A DNA stretch of 63,934 nt, counting the filler, from Octopus bimaculoides (lineage: Eukaryota): NCBI RefSeq assembly GCF_001194135.2. It is 5 parts of 5 records of this genome, joined end to end, with 100 filler letters (N's around TTAATTAATTAA, not from the genome) between each part and the next. Parts side by side here need not be neighbours in the genome. Positions count along the whole stretch, not along the records: positions 1 to 30,162 come from NC_068988.1; 4 more parts are not named here. One strand, given 5' to 3'. Below are positions 14,581-27,376 of the stretch, in pieces. The position numbers and the translations under genes are program-made. The notes under the pieces are model-generated. The model worked only from the letters and a program-made list of their open reading frames with translations, was not told the DNA's origin and made no database searches. Position 1 is the stretch's first letter, and every line of letters begins with the position of its first letter.

Positions 14581-15539
14581 GTTTACCACCAATCCATTCA
14601 TCACTGATTCGGGATAAAACGGAACGTTAAATTGTGAACCACGTTACGCTTATCACGGATGGATCTGTGATAACACGTGTTGGGAATCGGTCGAAGATTC
14701 TGCTTGTACCGAAGAAACATGCCCCAGTGATCGCTCATACTGCGCAGCTACTGTCATAGTGCACTGATTATCACTTGTGTTTACATTACCGTGCTGCAAG
14801 GCTGCGTATTTTGTTTTTTTAGCACAGATCGTACCCATCGTCATTGAAACGAAAAAATACGAAGGCGCCTGTTTATAACAAACAACGTAGATTATCTCTA
14901 CCTTTTCTCTATAGGAAAAGACAGAGATAATCAATAAAACATGTGATGTTGGCAGCTTCGCTGCTGTGGGTTGCGAGTTTGGGAGTCAATGAATCTACTA
15001 TTAATTCCCTTTGCAAAGCGCGTGGAGATGATTCATTTTTCACTGATTCATTTTGCACTGTGTCTTTTTGGACACTTTCCACTCTTGACAAACGAGGATA
15101 GATGTACTAGGTTGGTATTCAGGCCCTTTGTCGGTCAATGTTGATCTTGTATTTTTACATGCATGTATAAAGCAAGTTTATTTTCAGGAAGGGTAACAGC
15201 TGCCTGTGTATATATGTCTTTCCTCTCCATGCCACCGATGTTTATCCGAGAGAAAAAGCTACCGACCAGAGCCGATGCAGCTTGGTACCATTGTCACCCT
15301 AAAAGTTGTGGTCACATCGCAAAAGAGCGCAGCAGATACCGTAAAGCATATCACCCGACCCTGTAACAGTGCCTTCAATTCACCGCCCTGGATTGGTACT
15401 TTTTTTATAGACCCACCCAAAAGGACGAAAGGTGGAGTTGATATTCTCAGGATTTGAACTCAGAGTGCAGAGAGATGGAACAAACACTGCGAGGCATTCT
15501 ATCCAACACTCTGAGGAAGGATATCTGGAGTAACGTTAC

Positions 15540-15880
15540 TCGACAGGTTGGGTGGCTCAGAAATCATGGAGTTTCTCCAGGTGGAGCCGCTACATTTTTT
15601 CTTTGAAAGGGTTCAGCCCCGGAACTACGGACATGTGATTAAAATGTCGCAGGGAAGAATGGATTCTTCAAGCCGAACCAACCGGCCGGAAACCTAATGG
15701 TAGACCATGAGCGAGATGGCTGGATAATATCCAAAATCTCAGTTAGTCACGAATGGGAATCCAGCTAGAATGTGTAATGACGCTTGCTTCTAATAGGATC
15801 CTATGGAGGAGGTGCCTGAGGACTTTACCTCCACAACCCTCTCAGGAATAGTGGGCGGAGAAGATGGATGGGCGCAGGGA
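15540..15880 (+). mobile_element. RTE-clade LINE 3' fragment
   Basis: YGHVIKMSQGRM...GRP*ARWLDNIQNLS.SRMGIQ...RILWRRCLRTLPPQPSQE*, typical of an RTE RT C-terminus. Confidence 0.75.
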
Positions 15881-16571
15881 TGGAGTCACTATAATCGGTT
15901 GTAAATCTCTCTCGTGATTTGTGACCTTGTACCTCAGCTAGTATTCATTATATAATTACAGTGGTTGCGGGAGGCAGAAAGGGTGTTCAAGTATGTCCAT
16001 TTAAGTTCAAATTTGTCGGTGTAACCTTTGTCCTTCATTTCTCTGACTCCCACAACAACAAAATATATATCATCTGTGTAGTGTGGAAGGAGTCAACTCA
16101 ATCTAGTGACTCTTTTTTTTTCACCACAAATTTGTTTGTGGTTTCGTGATAAATTTAGAAATACTTATTACGCAATTAATATCGATATTACATTACAACT
16201 ATGACATCCCATCAAAAGAGAAAAACCAGAAACATACTAAATTGGGAACATGGAAAAATAGTAAAGTGTCAGGTCAACTATATTTTGAGATTTTAATTAT
16301 AAAGGGGCTGTGACCGCATATTTATGTAAAAAAAAAGGTGAGTTTGATTATTTTTCAGAGTTCCCAACATCAGAAATAACTACGGTTGGCTTAATTGAGT
16401 GACCATGGGAAAATAGGAGTTATTTTGATCTAGCCGAGCAAGTAAGGGAGACAATCTTGAACGTTTCAAATACTTAAAAATCGAATGATTTCTCATTCAG
16501 AAGAAACAAAATATTACGTTTATATATTTGTCTTGAAAGATTCCTGATGTGAAATCGTGTGTTGAAACAAA

Positions 16572-16744
16572 TATTGTTATATTTCGGGATGGTCATTTCT
16601 TTTTCCAAATAAACACACGCATTATATATTCGTTCTTTACTTCGGGACAAAAAATAAGGACAATAATAAATTCGAAGCGAATAACGAATATATGGTGCAT
16701 GTGTTTATTTGGAAACAAAATGACCGTCCCGAAATATGACAATA
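16572..16744. mobile_element. MITE / foldback element with ~60-bp terminal inverted repeats
   Basis: TATTGTTATATTTCGGGATGGTCATTT..AAATAAACACACGCATTATATATTCGTT mirrored by AACGAATATATGGTGCATGTGTTTATTT..AAATGACCGTCCCGAAATATGACAATA. Confidence 0.8.
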
Positions 16745-17360
16745 GAAACAAAATGTTGTATATTTATAATTTCTATAATTAAAAAAAAATTATTTAAGAC
16801 TCGATACAGCATCAAATACAGTTGTAGTTTTACCTTACATTTCTATATTTCGGAGCTATAACCCTTTCTTCAGGACATTTGGAATGAATGTGTGTGTGTT
16901 TATGTATGTGTTTGTGTGTATATATGTGTTTTATTGTTTGTGTGTATATGTCTGTGTATTTGTGTGTGAGTGTGTAAATGGTAGTATGTCGCAGTGATTG
17001 ACTTGTGATGTTCACTTACTGCGTTTGAATTGTTCTAAGGTCGATAAATCTCTTTGGGGTTAGACTAGACATTTCGTCATTCCAGTGTCATTAAAAATAA
17101 CGTTATCAATTATATATTCGTCGAGATTAAATTCTCTTTGTACATTCCATCTAAATGCTTAAATTTTGTGGTAATGTCAGAAATTAGCACCATTATAACA
17201 AGGACAGAATTTACTTTATCCATCATCAGAATCATGTACGTTGAATTTAGTGAAATCTGAAGTCGAAATGAAACATCACTAAATTAGCAGGTGTTTAGTC
17301 GCTAATGTCACACTTTTATGCCCTGATAATAGAAACAATATTGTATCAAGTACGGAAATA

Positions 17361-17620
17361 GTAAGGTAAAGGTAAAGTTACCTTCTCGAGTCATACCGAC
17401 TCATAAGAGCCGGTTTCCTAGTTTCATGGTATATATATATCCCAATTGGACAACACGTCGGTCTGTCGCAGGATTACTAATTTTTGCCAGCTGAGTGGAC
17501 TGGAGCAATGTGAAATGAAATTTTTTCCCAAGAACACAACGCATGGCTCGGTTCAGAAGTCGAAACCACAAGCTTACGATTATGAGTCCAATACCCTAAG
17601 CACTAAGCTACGCACCTCCA
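17361..17620 (-). mobile_element. tRNA-derived SINE with V-domain-like core and (TTACCT)n tail
   Basis: Minus head GGAGGTGCGTAGCTTAGTGCTTAGGG..GGTTTCGAC; TTGCTCCAGTCCACTCAGCTG..CCTGCGACAGAC; tail TTTACCTTTACC. Confidence 0.7.
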
Positions 17621-17794
17621 AAAGGACGGAAATGGCAGAGCATTGAGCGAAATATTTATTTATACTTTTTATACTGATAATACACGTATATTATGAACTT
17701 CTGCAAGGTCAGTCAACCTGTCAGATACAATCTTGAATTCTCCCTCATTTCTCACCATAAAAACTTAAAACAAGTGAACACAAAGTAGACGCCG

Positions 17795-17935
17795 GCAGCA
17801 GCTCGCTTTGCAACCACGCGGATTCGGTTTCAGTCCCACTGCGTAGCACTTTGGGTTAGTGTCTTCTATAATAGACCATTATCTTGTGAGTGGATTTGGT
17901 ACATGGAAACTGTGTGGAAGTCTGTGACATGTGTA

Positions 17936-17981
<46 letters not shown>

Positions 17982-18155
17982 TGTGTGTGTGTATGCGTTT
18001 TTGTGCTTGTTATCACCACCACACAGCTTGACAAACAACGTTGGTTTGTCTAAGTCCCGGTAATTTTAGCGGTTCGACAAATGTGACCAATGGAATAAGA
18101 ACCAAACTTAAAAAATAAATATTGTGGTCAGTTTGTTCGAGTAAAACTCTTCAAG
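17795..18155 (+). mobile_element. SINE family A, long form, degraded
   Basis: GGTTTCAGTCCCACTGCGTAGCAC..GTGAGTGGATTTGGTA..(GT)n..GGAATAAG. Confidence 0.75.
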
Positions 18156-18224
18156 TCAAAAAAGTAAAAAGATGGGATACTCTATACAGAAACAACAATA
18201 ACAATTATGAAGAAGGAAAAACAG

Positions 18225-18592
18225 CCAAAAAATGTCCGACGGAATAGTCACGGCTGGAATATGTCTGATCATATGCCTGATAGATCGAAGTTAAACAACT
18301 GCTAAACAACAACATCAACATAAACAACAATAACAGCAGCAGCAGCAGCAGCAACATTCAAATATTTAAACGAGATAGCCTCTACGTGGTCGCTGAACTT
18401 GCTAGAAATTAGCCACCAAATATCGTTCTTATCACACCCTACTGCCTTAGAAAAGAAGGACTCGTTAGATAATGCACTCTTAGATACACTATGCTTGAGT
18501 AAATATGTTGAGATGGTCACTACTGGAATGTCTCTGATCATAAATTCTGATCATTTAGGGCTGAAGCTAAATAACAACAACAACAACAACAA
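18225..18592 (+). mobile_element. Two family D repeat copies with (CAA)n tails
   Basis: GTCACGGCTGGAAT..TGATCAT and GGTCACTACTGGAAT..CTAAATAACAACAAC. Confidence 0.55.
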
Positions 18593-19025
18593 CTACATCA
18601 GCAGCAACAACAAGGCAATATAATATTATGTTTAATTCGGTTTTACTGTGCTCAACAAGCTACGCAATGTTTACATGTAGAAGGACTCAAGGTTAAAATA
18701 TTCCTAAATATTCAACTACTGTTGCAACTGCTACTACGTAGGCATACATTAACTTGACTGGTTTAAGAGACATACATTAGCTTGACAGGTTACCATAGAG
18801 TTGTATATATTTCCGACATGTTATTGGTTAGTCGCATACGCAGGCGTGGATAAACACGTCGGAGAGGGTAGAGGTGTTAGTGGGAGGAGAGATATTATGA
18901 GTAAAATAGGAATATTACATATATTACTGTACTACTGTATATATTACTGTATACTAAAAACAAGTATCAAAAAACGCGTTGGATGCCGTAAGCTGTTTTC
19001 ATTGATAAATATTTGGATGATTCTT

Positions 19026-19115
<90 letters not shown>

Positions 19116-19154
19116 ATACATACATAACTACATAACTACACCTGTGACTTATGA

Positions 19155-19773
19155 TATGGTTTCAAAGTTTGGCAGAACCCCAGTAATTTCGGAGGTAGGA
19201 GGGAGGGGTGGGGGTAAAATCGATTACAACGATCTCCAGTGATCAACGGGTACTTATTTTATCGACTCTCGAAAAAAAAATGAGACGCAAAGCTGACCTC
19301 GGTAGAATTCGAACTTGGAACGTAAAGACGGGCGAAATGCTGCAAAGCCTTTTGCCTGGCATACTACCGCCTTCATAAGCATTGTAATAATGGCTTCAAA
19401 TTTTGGCACACGGTATGGCCAGTGATTTTCAAGTGAAGGGCTAAGTCGATTAGATCGACCAGAGTCAGACCCAAAGTGGGAGGAGGGCTGAGAGGCATGT
19501 GCCTCCCTCAAGAAAAAAGTGCACTCTTCTAAATAATGTTATTACGCCCTTTTCTCCTGGAATTGCATTCCTTCTAATCTTGTGCCCTCCCTTCGAAAAA
19601 TTCCTGGGATCACGCCTGTCGACTTCAGTATTTAAAAGGTACTTATCTTATCGATTCTGGAAGGGATGAAAAACAAAGTCGACTTCGGTGGGATTTGAAC
19701 TCAGGACATAAAAGCGGACGAAATACCACTAAGCTTTTTGCCCAGCGTGCTAACGACTTTGCCAGCTCGCCAC
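19155..19773 (-). mobile_element. Two family B SINEs, the second interrupted by a MITE
   Basis: B consensus at ~19155-19375 and 19385-19773. Confidence 0.75.
19460..19618. mobile_element. Small DNA-transposon-like insertion (CAG...CTG ends, 5-bp TSD TCGAC)
   Basis: TCGAC at 19455-19459 and 19619-19623 flanks 159 bp foreign to the SINE; ends CAGAGTCAGACCCA / TGGGATCACGCCTG are weak TIRs. Confidence 0.55.
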
Positions 19774-19881
19774 CTTCCTGCGGCATCTAATATAGAAGTA
19801 ATTTAGCATTTGTTAAAATAGTGACGGGCTCTCTTGAAATATTCATGGCTAACACTCTCTTTAAACGGCACGGGCCGTACG

Positions 19882-19935
<54 letters not shown>

Positions 19936-20061
19936 TACACACATACGTAGATACAAACATGTATCTACACGCACACACACACACACACGCACACATACAC
20001 ATACACACACGTATGTACGTACATATATACTTATATTGAAATAAAAAGTTTCGTAAAGTTT

Positions 20062-20220
20062 CGAACTTTGCTCTCCAGCCACATGGTTCTGGGTTCAGTC
20101 CCACTGCGTGGCACCTTGGGCAAGTGTCTTCTGCTATAGTCTCGGGTTAACCAAAGCCAAAACCCTGTGAGTGGATTTGGTAGACGGAAACTGAAAGAAG
20201 CACGTCGTGTGTGTGTGTGC
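20062..20220 (+). mobile_element. SINE family A
   Basis: CCACATGGTTCTGGGTTCAGTCCCACTGCGTGGCACCTTGGGCAAGTGTC..GTAGACGGAAACTGAAAGAAG. Confidence 0.85.
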
Positions 20221-20731
20221 ATTTATGTATNNNNNNNNNNNNNNNNNNNNNNNNNNNNNNNNNNNNNNNNNNNNNNNNNNNNNNNNNNNNNNNNNNNNNN
20301 NNNNNNNNNNNNNNNNNNNNNNNNNNNNNNNNNNNNNNNNNNNNNNNNNNNNNNNNNNNNNNNNNNNNNNNNNNNNNNNNNNNNNNNNNNNNNNNNNNNN
20401 NNNNNNNNNNNNNNNNNNNNNNNNNNNNNNNNNNNNNNNNNNNNNNNNNNNNNNNNNNNNNNNNNNNNNNNNNNNNNNNNNNNNNNNNNNNNNNNNNNNN
20501 NNNNNNNNNNNNNNNNNNNNNNNNNNNNNNNNNNNNNNNNNNNNNNNNNNNNNNNNNNNNNNNNNNNNNNNNNNNNNNNNNNNNNNNNNNNNNNNNNNNN
20601 NNNNNNNNNNNNNNNNNNNNNNNNNNNNNNNNNNNNNNNNNNNNNNNNNNNNNNNNNNNNNNNNNNNNNNNNNNNNNNNNNNNNNNNNNNNNNNNNNNNN
20701 NNNNNNNNNNNNNNNNNNNNNNNNNNNNNNN

Positions 20732-20762
<31 letters not shown>

Positions 20763-20793
20763 GAGAGAGAGATAAAGAAAGAGAGAGAGATAG

Positions 20794-20834
<41 letters not shown>

Positions 20835-20920
20835 CAAAATACCAATGCAATGCTTGTAGGAAGTCTGATTGCTAACGGCTACAGTTTGGCGTAAATGTGA
20901 AGATTGCAGTGGAGGAGTAA

Positions 20921-21330
20921 CTACTGTAGGGCTGCTTTGTAGACGGCATTTTGGGTTTTTCCTTCAGGAGCATAGATGAATAAGTTATCCGGATGGCCAA
21001 CTCTGGAACAATCGAGGTAGAATTGTCCATGTGAAAAGCATGACGTTCGACGCTCCAATCCGACAACTTTCAATGATTGACCTTGTGCTTTGTTGTCATG
21101 GCAAAGCTGAGTCTGAGAGGGAACTGAAGTCTCCGCATACGATAGGGGCAGTCTGTTGGGGTTCCGTGATAATTTGGGCTTCGGTGATGTGGTTCATCAT
21201 TTGTTTGACCACAAAGCGAGTTCAATTGCATAGTGTGGGTGCGTTTAGATTGCGTAGGAGGATGACAGGGCAAGTGAAAGTAGCATAACTACGTCATCAA
21301 GAGTAATGTCCCTTGAAGCAACGATCGTTG
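20921..21330 (-). pseudogene. Helitron Rep/Hel remnant: Pif1-type helicase C-terminus
   Basis: CPVILLRNLNAPTLCN*TRFVVKQ...MRRLQFPLRLSFAMT / QGQSLKVVGL...CFSHGQFYLDCSRVGHPDNLFIYAPEGKTQNAVYKAALQ* with frameshifts. Confidence 0.9.
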
Positions 21331-21630
21331 GTATTTTTTTATCTACCTATGAGAAGGTATTTTCGTCCCCTAGGGGCGGCATTACTCATTATGTGGAAAA
21401 TTTGAAGAATCTATGACCATCTCTGGAACATAAGTGATGTATGTTCCCGGCGTGAACGAGATCAGATGAAAAAATATTGATTTTAAATGGGATCAAGAAA
21501 AGGCCTGTACACACAAACACATCTGTTTTATTATATATTAGATGTATATGGATATGTGTGTATATGCTATGTATATATATATATATGTATGTATATAATT
21601 TTGTATGTATATATATACATATACATATAC

Positions 21631-21677
<47 letters not shown>

Positions 21678-21817
21678 TATATATATACAAGTTCATTTTG
21701 AAAAATATTCTCAACTCACTCACAGGATATGGCATTAGCATTGGCTATTTGATTCATAGTGATTCGCCTGTCATCCACACACACACACACATCTATGTAT
21801 AAATATGTATGTGTCAG

Positions 21818-21876
<59 letters not shown>

Positions 21877-22659
21877 GTCTGTCTGTCTGCCTGTCTGTCT
21901 ATCTGTCTGTCTGTCTGTCTGTCCATTTGTCTGTCTGTCTGTCTGTCTGTCTGTCCATTTGTCTGTCTGTCTGTATGACTTCATACCTATATCAGCCTAT
22001 CTGCCTACCTACTTACCTGCCAACCAATCTACCTATCTATCCACATTTACCTATCTATCTATACTTACATACACACATAAATATAGTTCATTATTAGGAG
22101 CTTTCATCCAATTCTGTCTGTCTGCCATTCCGTCTGTCCGTCTGTCTGCTTGCCTGTCTGCCTCTCTCTGATTCCGTCTCTCTCTGATTCTGTCTCTCTC
22201 TGATTCTGTCTCTCTCTGATTCTGTCTCTCTCTGATTCTGTCTCTCTCTCTCTGAGTATCTGTAAATATAAGAATGCATTTATGGTTGTATATATGTGCA
22301 TGTGTGTGTGTATGCGTGCATATTAATGTGTGCATGAGCATATGCGTACGCGTGTGATGTACATATCTGCCTCTTTCTTCTCTTTCTCTTTCCCTCTCAA
22401 TACATACATGTATATATAAACCATATACAGTCTAGCTATCTGCAGTAATTCGATTACAGAACAGTTCTTACAAATCTATTTACAGCTGTACTATGGCTGC
22501 TTCTATTCTAGTTATTTGTTTCTATGTTATCCAACTATTACACAATATGTCTGTAGTGTGTCACAGTAACCACAGTTTAGCTATAACAAATATACCAATA
22601 TATCACGAAAAATAATAGACATTAGTTATACAGAAGGATAAGTGTATATACCTGCCTGG

Positions 22660-22870
22660 ACTACCTTCTATGTGGCATATAGATTTCTTGGGAGTAGAGG
22701 AGTTCGCGTTATTTTTGACAAAGACGTAAGGAAGGCAGCTTTTCTAGGAGAAAGATACTCTATTAAACTTGCAATCACAATAGCACCAGTCATCTTGCAA
22801 TGTTTGCCACAGGAACCTACTATCACGACTGAGAGAGCGGCAAAAGTGTTGTGCAACCTTTTGTCACTTA
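22660..22870 (+). mobile_element. Possible RTE LINE apurinic endonuclease fragment
   Basis: RGVRVIFDKDVRKA...IKLAITIAPV resembles the GVG.I.DK.V..I KL region of RTE APE; heavily decayed. Confidence 0.4.
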
Positions 22871-24129
22871 TATCCAATGACGTACAGATGTCTCGCTGTC
22901 ATTTCATTTCTTGATCCGTTTCGTATCTTATAAAGTCCTTTAGTGATGGATGTGTAACATGAAAAGCCATATCCTTGCACGTGCAAAGATGAAAGTTAAT
23001 CAGACCAATCAGGGTGCATCTGAGACGGCATTCATCTGACAAGATGAGGTAACCATCGTACGTACGTACATTCATACATATATNNNNNNNNNNNNNNNNN
23101 NNNNNNNNNNNNNNNNNNNNNNNNNNNNNNNNNNNNNNNNNNNNNNNNNNNNNNNNNNNNNNNNNNNNNNNNNNNNNNNNNNNNNNNNNNNNNNNNNNNN
23201 NNNNNNNNNNNNNNNNNNNNNNNNNNNNNNNNNNNNNNNNNNNNNNNNNNNNNNNNNNNNNNNNNNNNNNNNNNNNNNNNNNNNNNNNNNNNNNNNNNNN
23301 NNNNNNNNNNNNNNNNNNNNNNNNNNNNNNNNNNNNNNNNNNNNNNNNNNNNNNNNNNNNNNNNNNNNNNNNNNNNNNNNNNNNNNNNNNNNNNNNNNNN
23401 NNNNNNNNNNNNNNNNNNTATATATATATATATACATACATGTGTATGTGTGTGTGTGTGTGTGTGTGTGTAATCGAGAAGCTTTTCTGTGACGAAGACA
23501 ACAACGATTATCATATTCACGTTCGAATTTGTCGGAATGAATTAAAAATAAATATGCAAGTCATCGCTTTGACTCACGCTGTTCCCCGTGCGTATGATGA
23601 TTTATTAACGGTTGGTAGAGATCAGTACGGATCAGCGAACGAAATTCATTGAAATCATAAACAAGACCAGTTATCGTTAGACTCATTGGTCAGATGAGAC
23701 AAATGTCGAAAGCATCGGTATCCCAGAATCCCTTGTATGTGACCAACATACTAAATCCTTAATTGATCAGGTTCACATCATTATAAATGGTAGGAAAACA
23801 ACAAACCGCTACGATGCAGATGTGGTAGGTGGCATTATAAAATTGATTCTTAACATAGACAGGGAGTCATACGCCCTCTTTGTTTTTACGGGAGTGGGGG
23901 ATGGGATAGTGAGTGAATGATAAAGCAACTGGTATTTTGTAGATAGAGGAAAAACAAAGCTGAATGTGACGTGATGAGCACATATCAAAAGGAGCGGATT
24001 TTACTCTTGAAATTCCATTGGAAGATGGAAGTTTTCCTTGGTATTCTCCCAAAAAACAAAGCGAAGACATCTTGCTTTTAGGGCGATGACCATAAGTAGA
24101 AGCCACATACTTCTATTACCTTCTTTTAG

Positions 24130-24497
24130 TAGTTTTACTCATTGGACTGCAGTTATGCTGGCTATTGCCTTGAAGAGTTTAGTTGAACAAATCGACTCAG
24201 TAGTTATTTTTTTAAAGCCTAGTGCTTGTTCTATCGGTCTTTTTTGCCAAACCGCTAAGTTACGGGAAATGAACAAATAAACATTAGTTCTCAAGGGCTT
24301 GGTGTGTGTGTGTGTATGTGTGTGTGTGTGTGTGGGGGGGAAACACACATACATAGATATATACATATATAAGTATACGACGGGCTTCTTTTAGTTTCTG
24401 TCCATCCACCGTATAGAATCACAAAGTAGAAGACACTTGCCCAAGGTGCCACGCAGTGGGACTGAATCGAAGACCATATGGTTGGGAAGCAAGCTAC
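24130..24497 (-). mobile_element. SINE family A, long form
   Basis: GACACTTGCCCAAGGTGCCACGCAGTGGGACTGAA; internal (GT)n; ATCGGTCTTTTTGCCAAACCGCTAAGTTACGG. Confidence 0.8.
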
Positions 24498-24863
24498 ACA
24501 AATCTATCTTCTGAATAAACAGAATGCTCCAGGGAAATAGAAGTCCTGGAATTCATTGATTCAGAGAAGTTTATTTCATTTATAAAGGATTTAGTAATGA
24601 AAGTAAAAAAAAACCCAAATCAGAACAAATTTAACCTCGAATCGAAACCGGACCGCTAACTCTGCACTGCAATAACTACATTCTCAAATATACCTCTGTT
24701 TACAATAAACTAACGAAATAGCTGAAATATAATTTTTTTAAGACAGACAGTGATGTACTAATTACATATTTATTAATTGTTGTTCTAGCAAGGTTTTTCA
24801 GTGAACTATTTTTTAACTTCCGCTAACCTAATTTTAGAGTGTCTATGTGTATGTGTATGCGAG

Positions 24864-24904
<41 letters not shown>

Positions 24905-25605
24905 CTACCTACCTACCTACCTGCCTTTCTTCAGCTCTCCTTCCACCTGTTACTTCTTCCCGTATTTTGCCCTCAATATCCCTCGTGCAATAACCATATT
25001 CAGATGGGAAAACAAAGCAGTTCATTGATAAATACCAAAGTGGATCAGTTCACAAACTAACCCTTTAGACTGAATGGCGGCATAGAGTAGGGGACAGAAA
25101 TGGTCGGACTGGGGCGGGGACAAGCTGATGTTCTGTAGGAGAAGGGGAGGTCTAGTGATGTAACGGATAATTAATTGCAATTATTTTCCTGTTATTATTA
25201 GTATTAAATACTATTAATATTAATGTTCCTGTTGTTAACGCTGCTACTTTCATTTTTACTAAAGAGACGGTTGTAAGATTGTTTGATCTGAGTTCAAATC
25301 CATCAAGGTTAACTCTGCCTTTCACATCCATCAGTCGGTACCAGTGGAGTAATATTTTCAATTTAAACAACTGTAGCGCTTCTCACAAAATGTGTAATCT
25401 TGTGTCCATGTTAGAGATTATTTCTCCTTGATTGGTTTTTTCCCCTTATTTCCCCAAGGTGGCGGTCCTCCCGTGTTACATTTCATGTCATTTTATTCGA
25501 TTTGAATGAAAATCGTCATGCTTTGTGTAAGCTTGTCCCTACCATGTTCTCTAATCCGTCACTCATGCAGCAACTATAACAAAAAAAATGATATTATTGT
25601 TAGAG

Positions 25606-25922
25606 TGAAGGCGCGTGATTTAGTGGTTAGGGTATTCGACTAACGATTGTATGGTCGTGAGTGCAGTTCCCGGTGACGCGTTGTGTCCTTGAGCAAGACA
25701 CTTTACTTAACGTTGCCTCACTCAATTGTCTAAAATAAGAAGTACCTGTATTCCAAAAGGCCAGCTTTGTCACATCTGTGTCACGTGGAATCTCCGTGAA
25801 AACTACGTTAAAGGTTCACGTGACTGTGGAGTGCTCAGTCACTTGCACGTTAATTTCACGAGCAGAGTGTTCCTTTGATTGGATCAACTGGAACCCTCGT
25901 CGTCGTAACCGACGGAGTGCCA
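25606..25922 (+). mobile_element. SINE family C variant
   Basis: tRNA-like head GGCGCGTGATTTAGTGGTTAGGG; 3' part GGAGTGCTCAG..GATCAACTGGAACCCTCGTCGTCGTAACCGACGGAGTGCC shared with the 53716 copy. Confidence 0.8.
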
Positions 25923-25929
25923 GTATTGT

Positions 25930-26725
25930 TAGAATCGTTCGAGCCTAGGACAAAGTATCTTGAAGGATTTGTTACGCATCTTTAAGGTCTGAATTCATAT
26001 CTCGCCCAGGTCACTTGCCTTTCATTCTTCCAAGTCCGATAAAATAAAAGAGCAGTTACATAAAGGGATTGATAGTATCGACTAATTTCCTCCTCTAAAA
26101 ACTGATGGCCTTGGTTCCAAGTTTAGAATATAAAGGCGATAGAAAAGCTAAGTCGTTAAAGACACGGGCAGAATCCTTAGCGACTGTTTATATCCTGAGT
26201 TTAAATCCCGTCTTGGTCAATCTTGCTTTTCATCCTCTCGGAGTTAACAAAATAATACTATCGGCAAAAGTACCCCAACTCCCACCCACTTCAAAAGTTT
26301 AGGCCTTGTGTCAGTATTAGATAGAACTAAGGTAGCGGGCTGGCAGAATCATTTCCACGTCGGACTAAATGCTTAGCTGCATTTCTTCCGACTTTACGTT
26401 CCGTGTTTAAATACCACCGGGGTCGACTTTGCCTTTCATCCTTTCGGGGTCGATAATATAAGTACCAGTTGCGTAATGAGGTCGATTTAATCGACTTAGT
26501 CCCTTCCCCCAAATTGCTGGCCTTGTGTCAAAAATTGAAACCAATATTAGAAACAACTATTAAAATGGCAGTGTATAGGTAGACTCTAAGGAGCGTCGAA
26601 CAAAACGCTTTGCGGAAATTAGCTGCGCTACTCTATGTTCTGAGTTCAAAAACGACCAATAAAGCCCCAGTCAATAATGAGGCCGATGGTATAGACTGAT
26701 CCCTCCCCTCAAAATTGCCGACTTA
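25930..26725 (+). mobile_element. Chain of four family B SINEs
   Basis: Four successive B copies of differing divergence, each ending in GGCCTT..AAATTTG/AAGTTT. Confidence 0.75.
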
Positions 26726-27056
26726 GTGTGTGTGTATGTGTTTCCCGGAAAAAAAAAGGGTGTGTTCAGTTGAGTACATTTATATAAAAAATGTAACATA
26801 ACGGCTCGATAAATAGAGAACGATGAGATAAAGAACAGACAGAAATAAGTATTGGTGGTGGGAACAATACAATCAACTAAAACGGATGAAAATTGCAGAT
26901 AGTTTTCGCGATTAAACGAGATAGCTTTCTCTTCAGAGAGGAATAAAAAAAAAGTTCGATTGATTTCACCTTTAAGTTACAAGTTCATCAAGACTGCTTG
27001 CGTCATTCAGTCGAGACAGAAAGAAAGAGGAAGAGACACAGAGAGTGAAAAAGAAG

Positions 27057-27087
<31 letters not shown>

Positions 27088-27336
27088 GTGTGGAGTTTAT
27101 AGCTAATAAAACTTGCTTTGAACAAACGGCACTGCTTTTACTGATTCGAATATCAGTTTTATATGTTGGTATGGCGGATTGATTAAAAGCGTACTACACA
27201 GCGCTGTTACCCGTACGTAAACACACGAACATATGTACATACATACACGCGCATGCATAAAATACGCACATGCACATACGCACACAAGACATATACATAC
27301 ACAAATAGAAATATACATACATATATATACACACAC

Positions 27337-27376
<40 letters not shown>

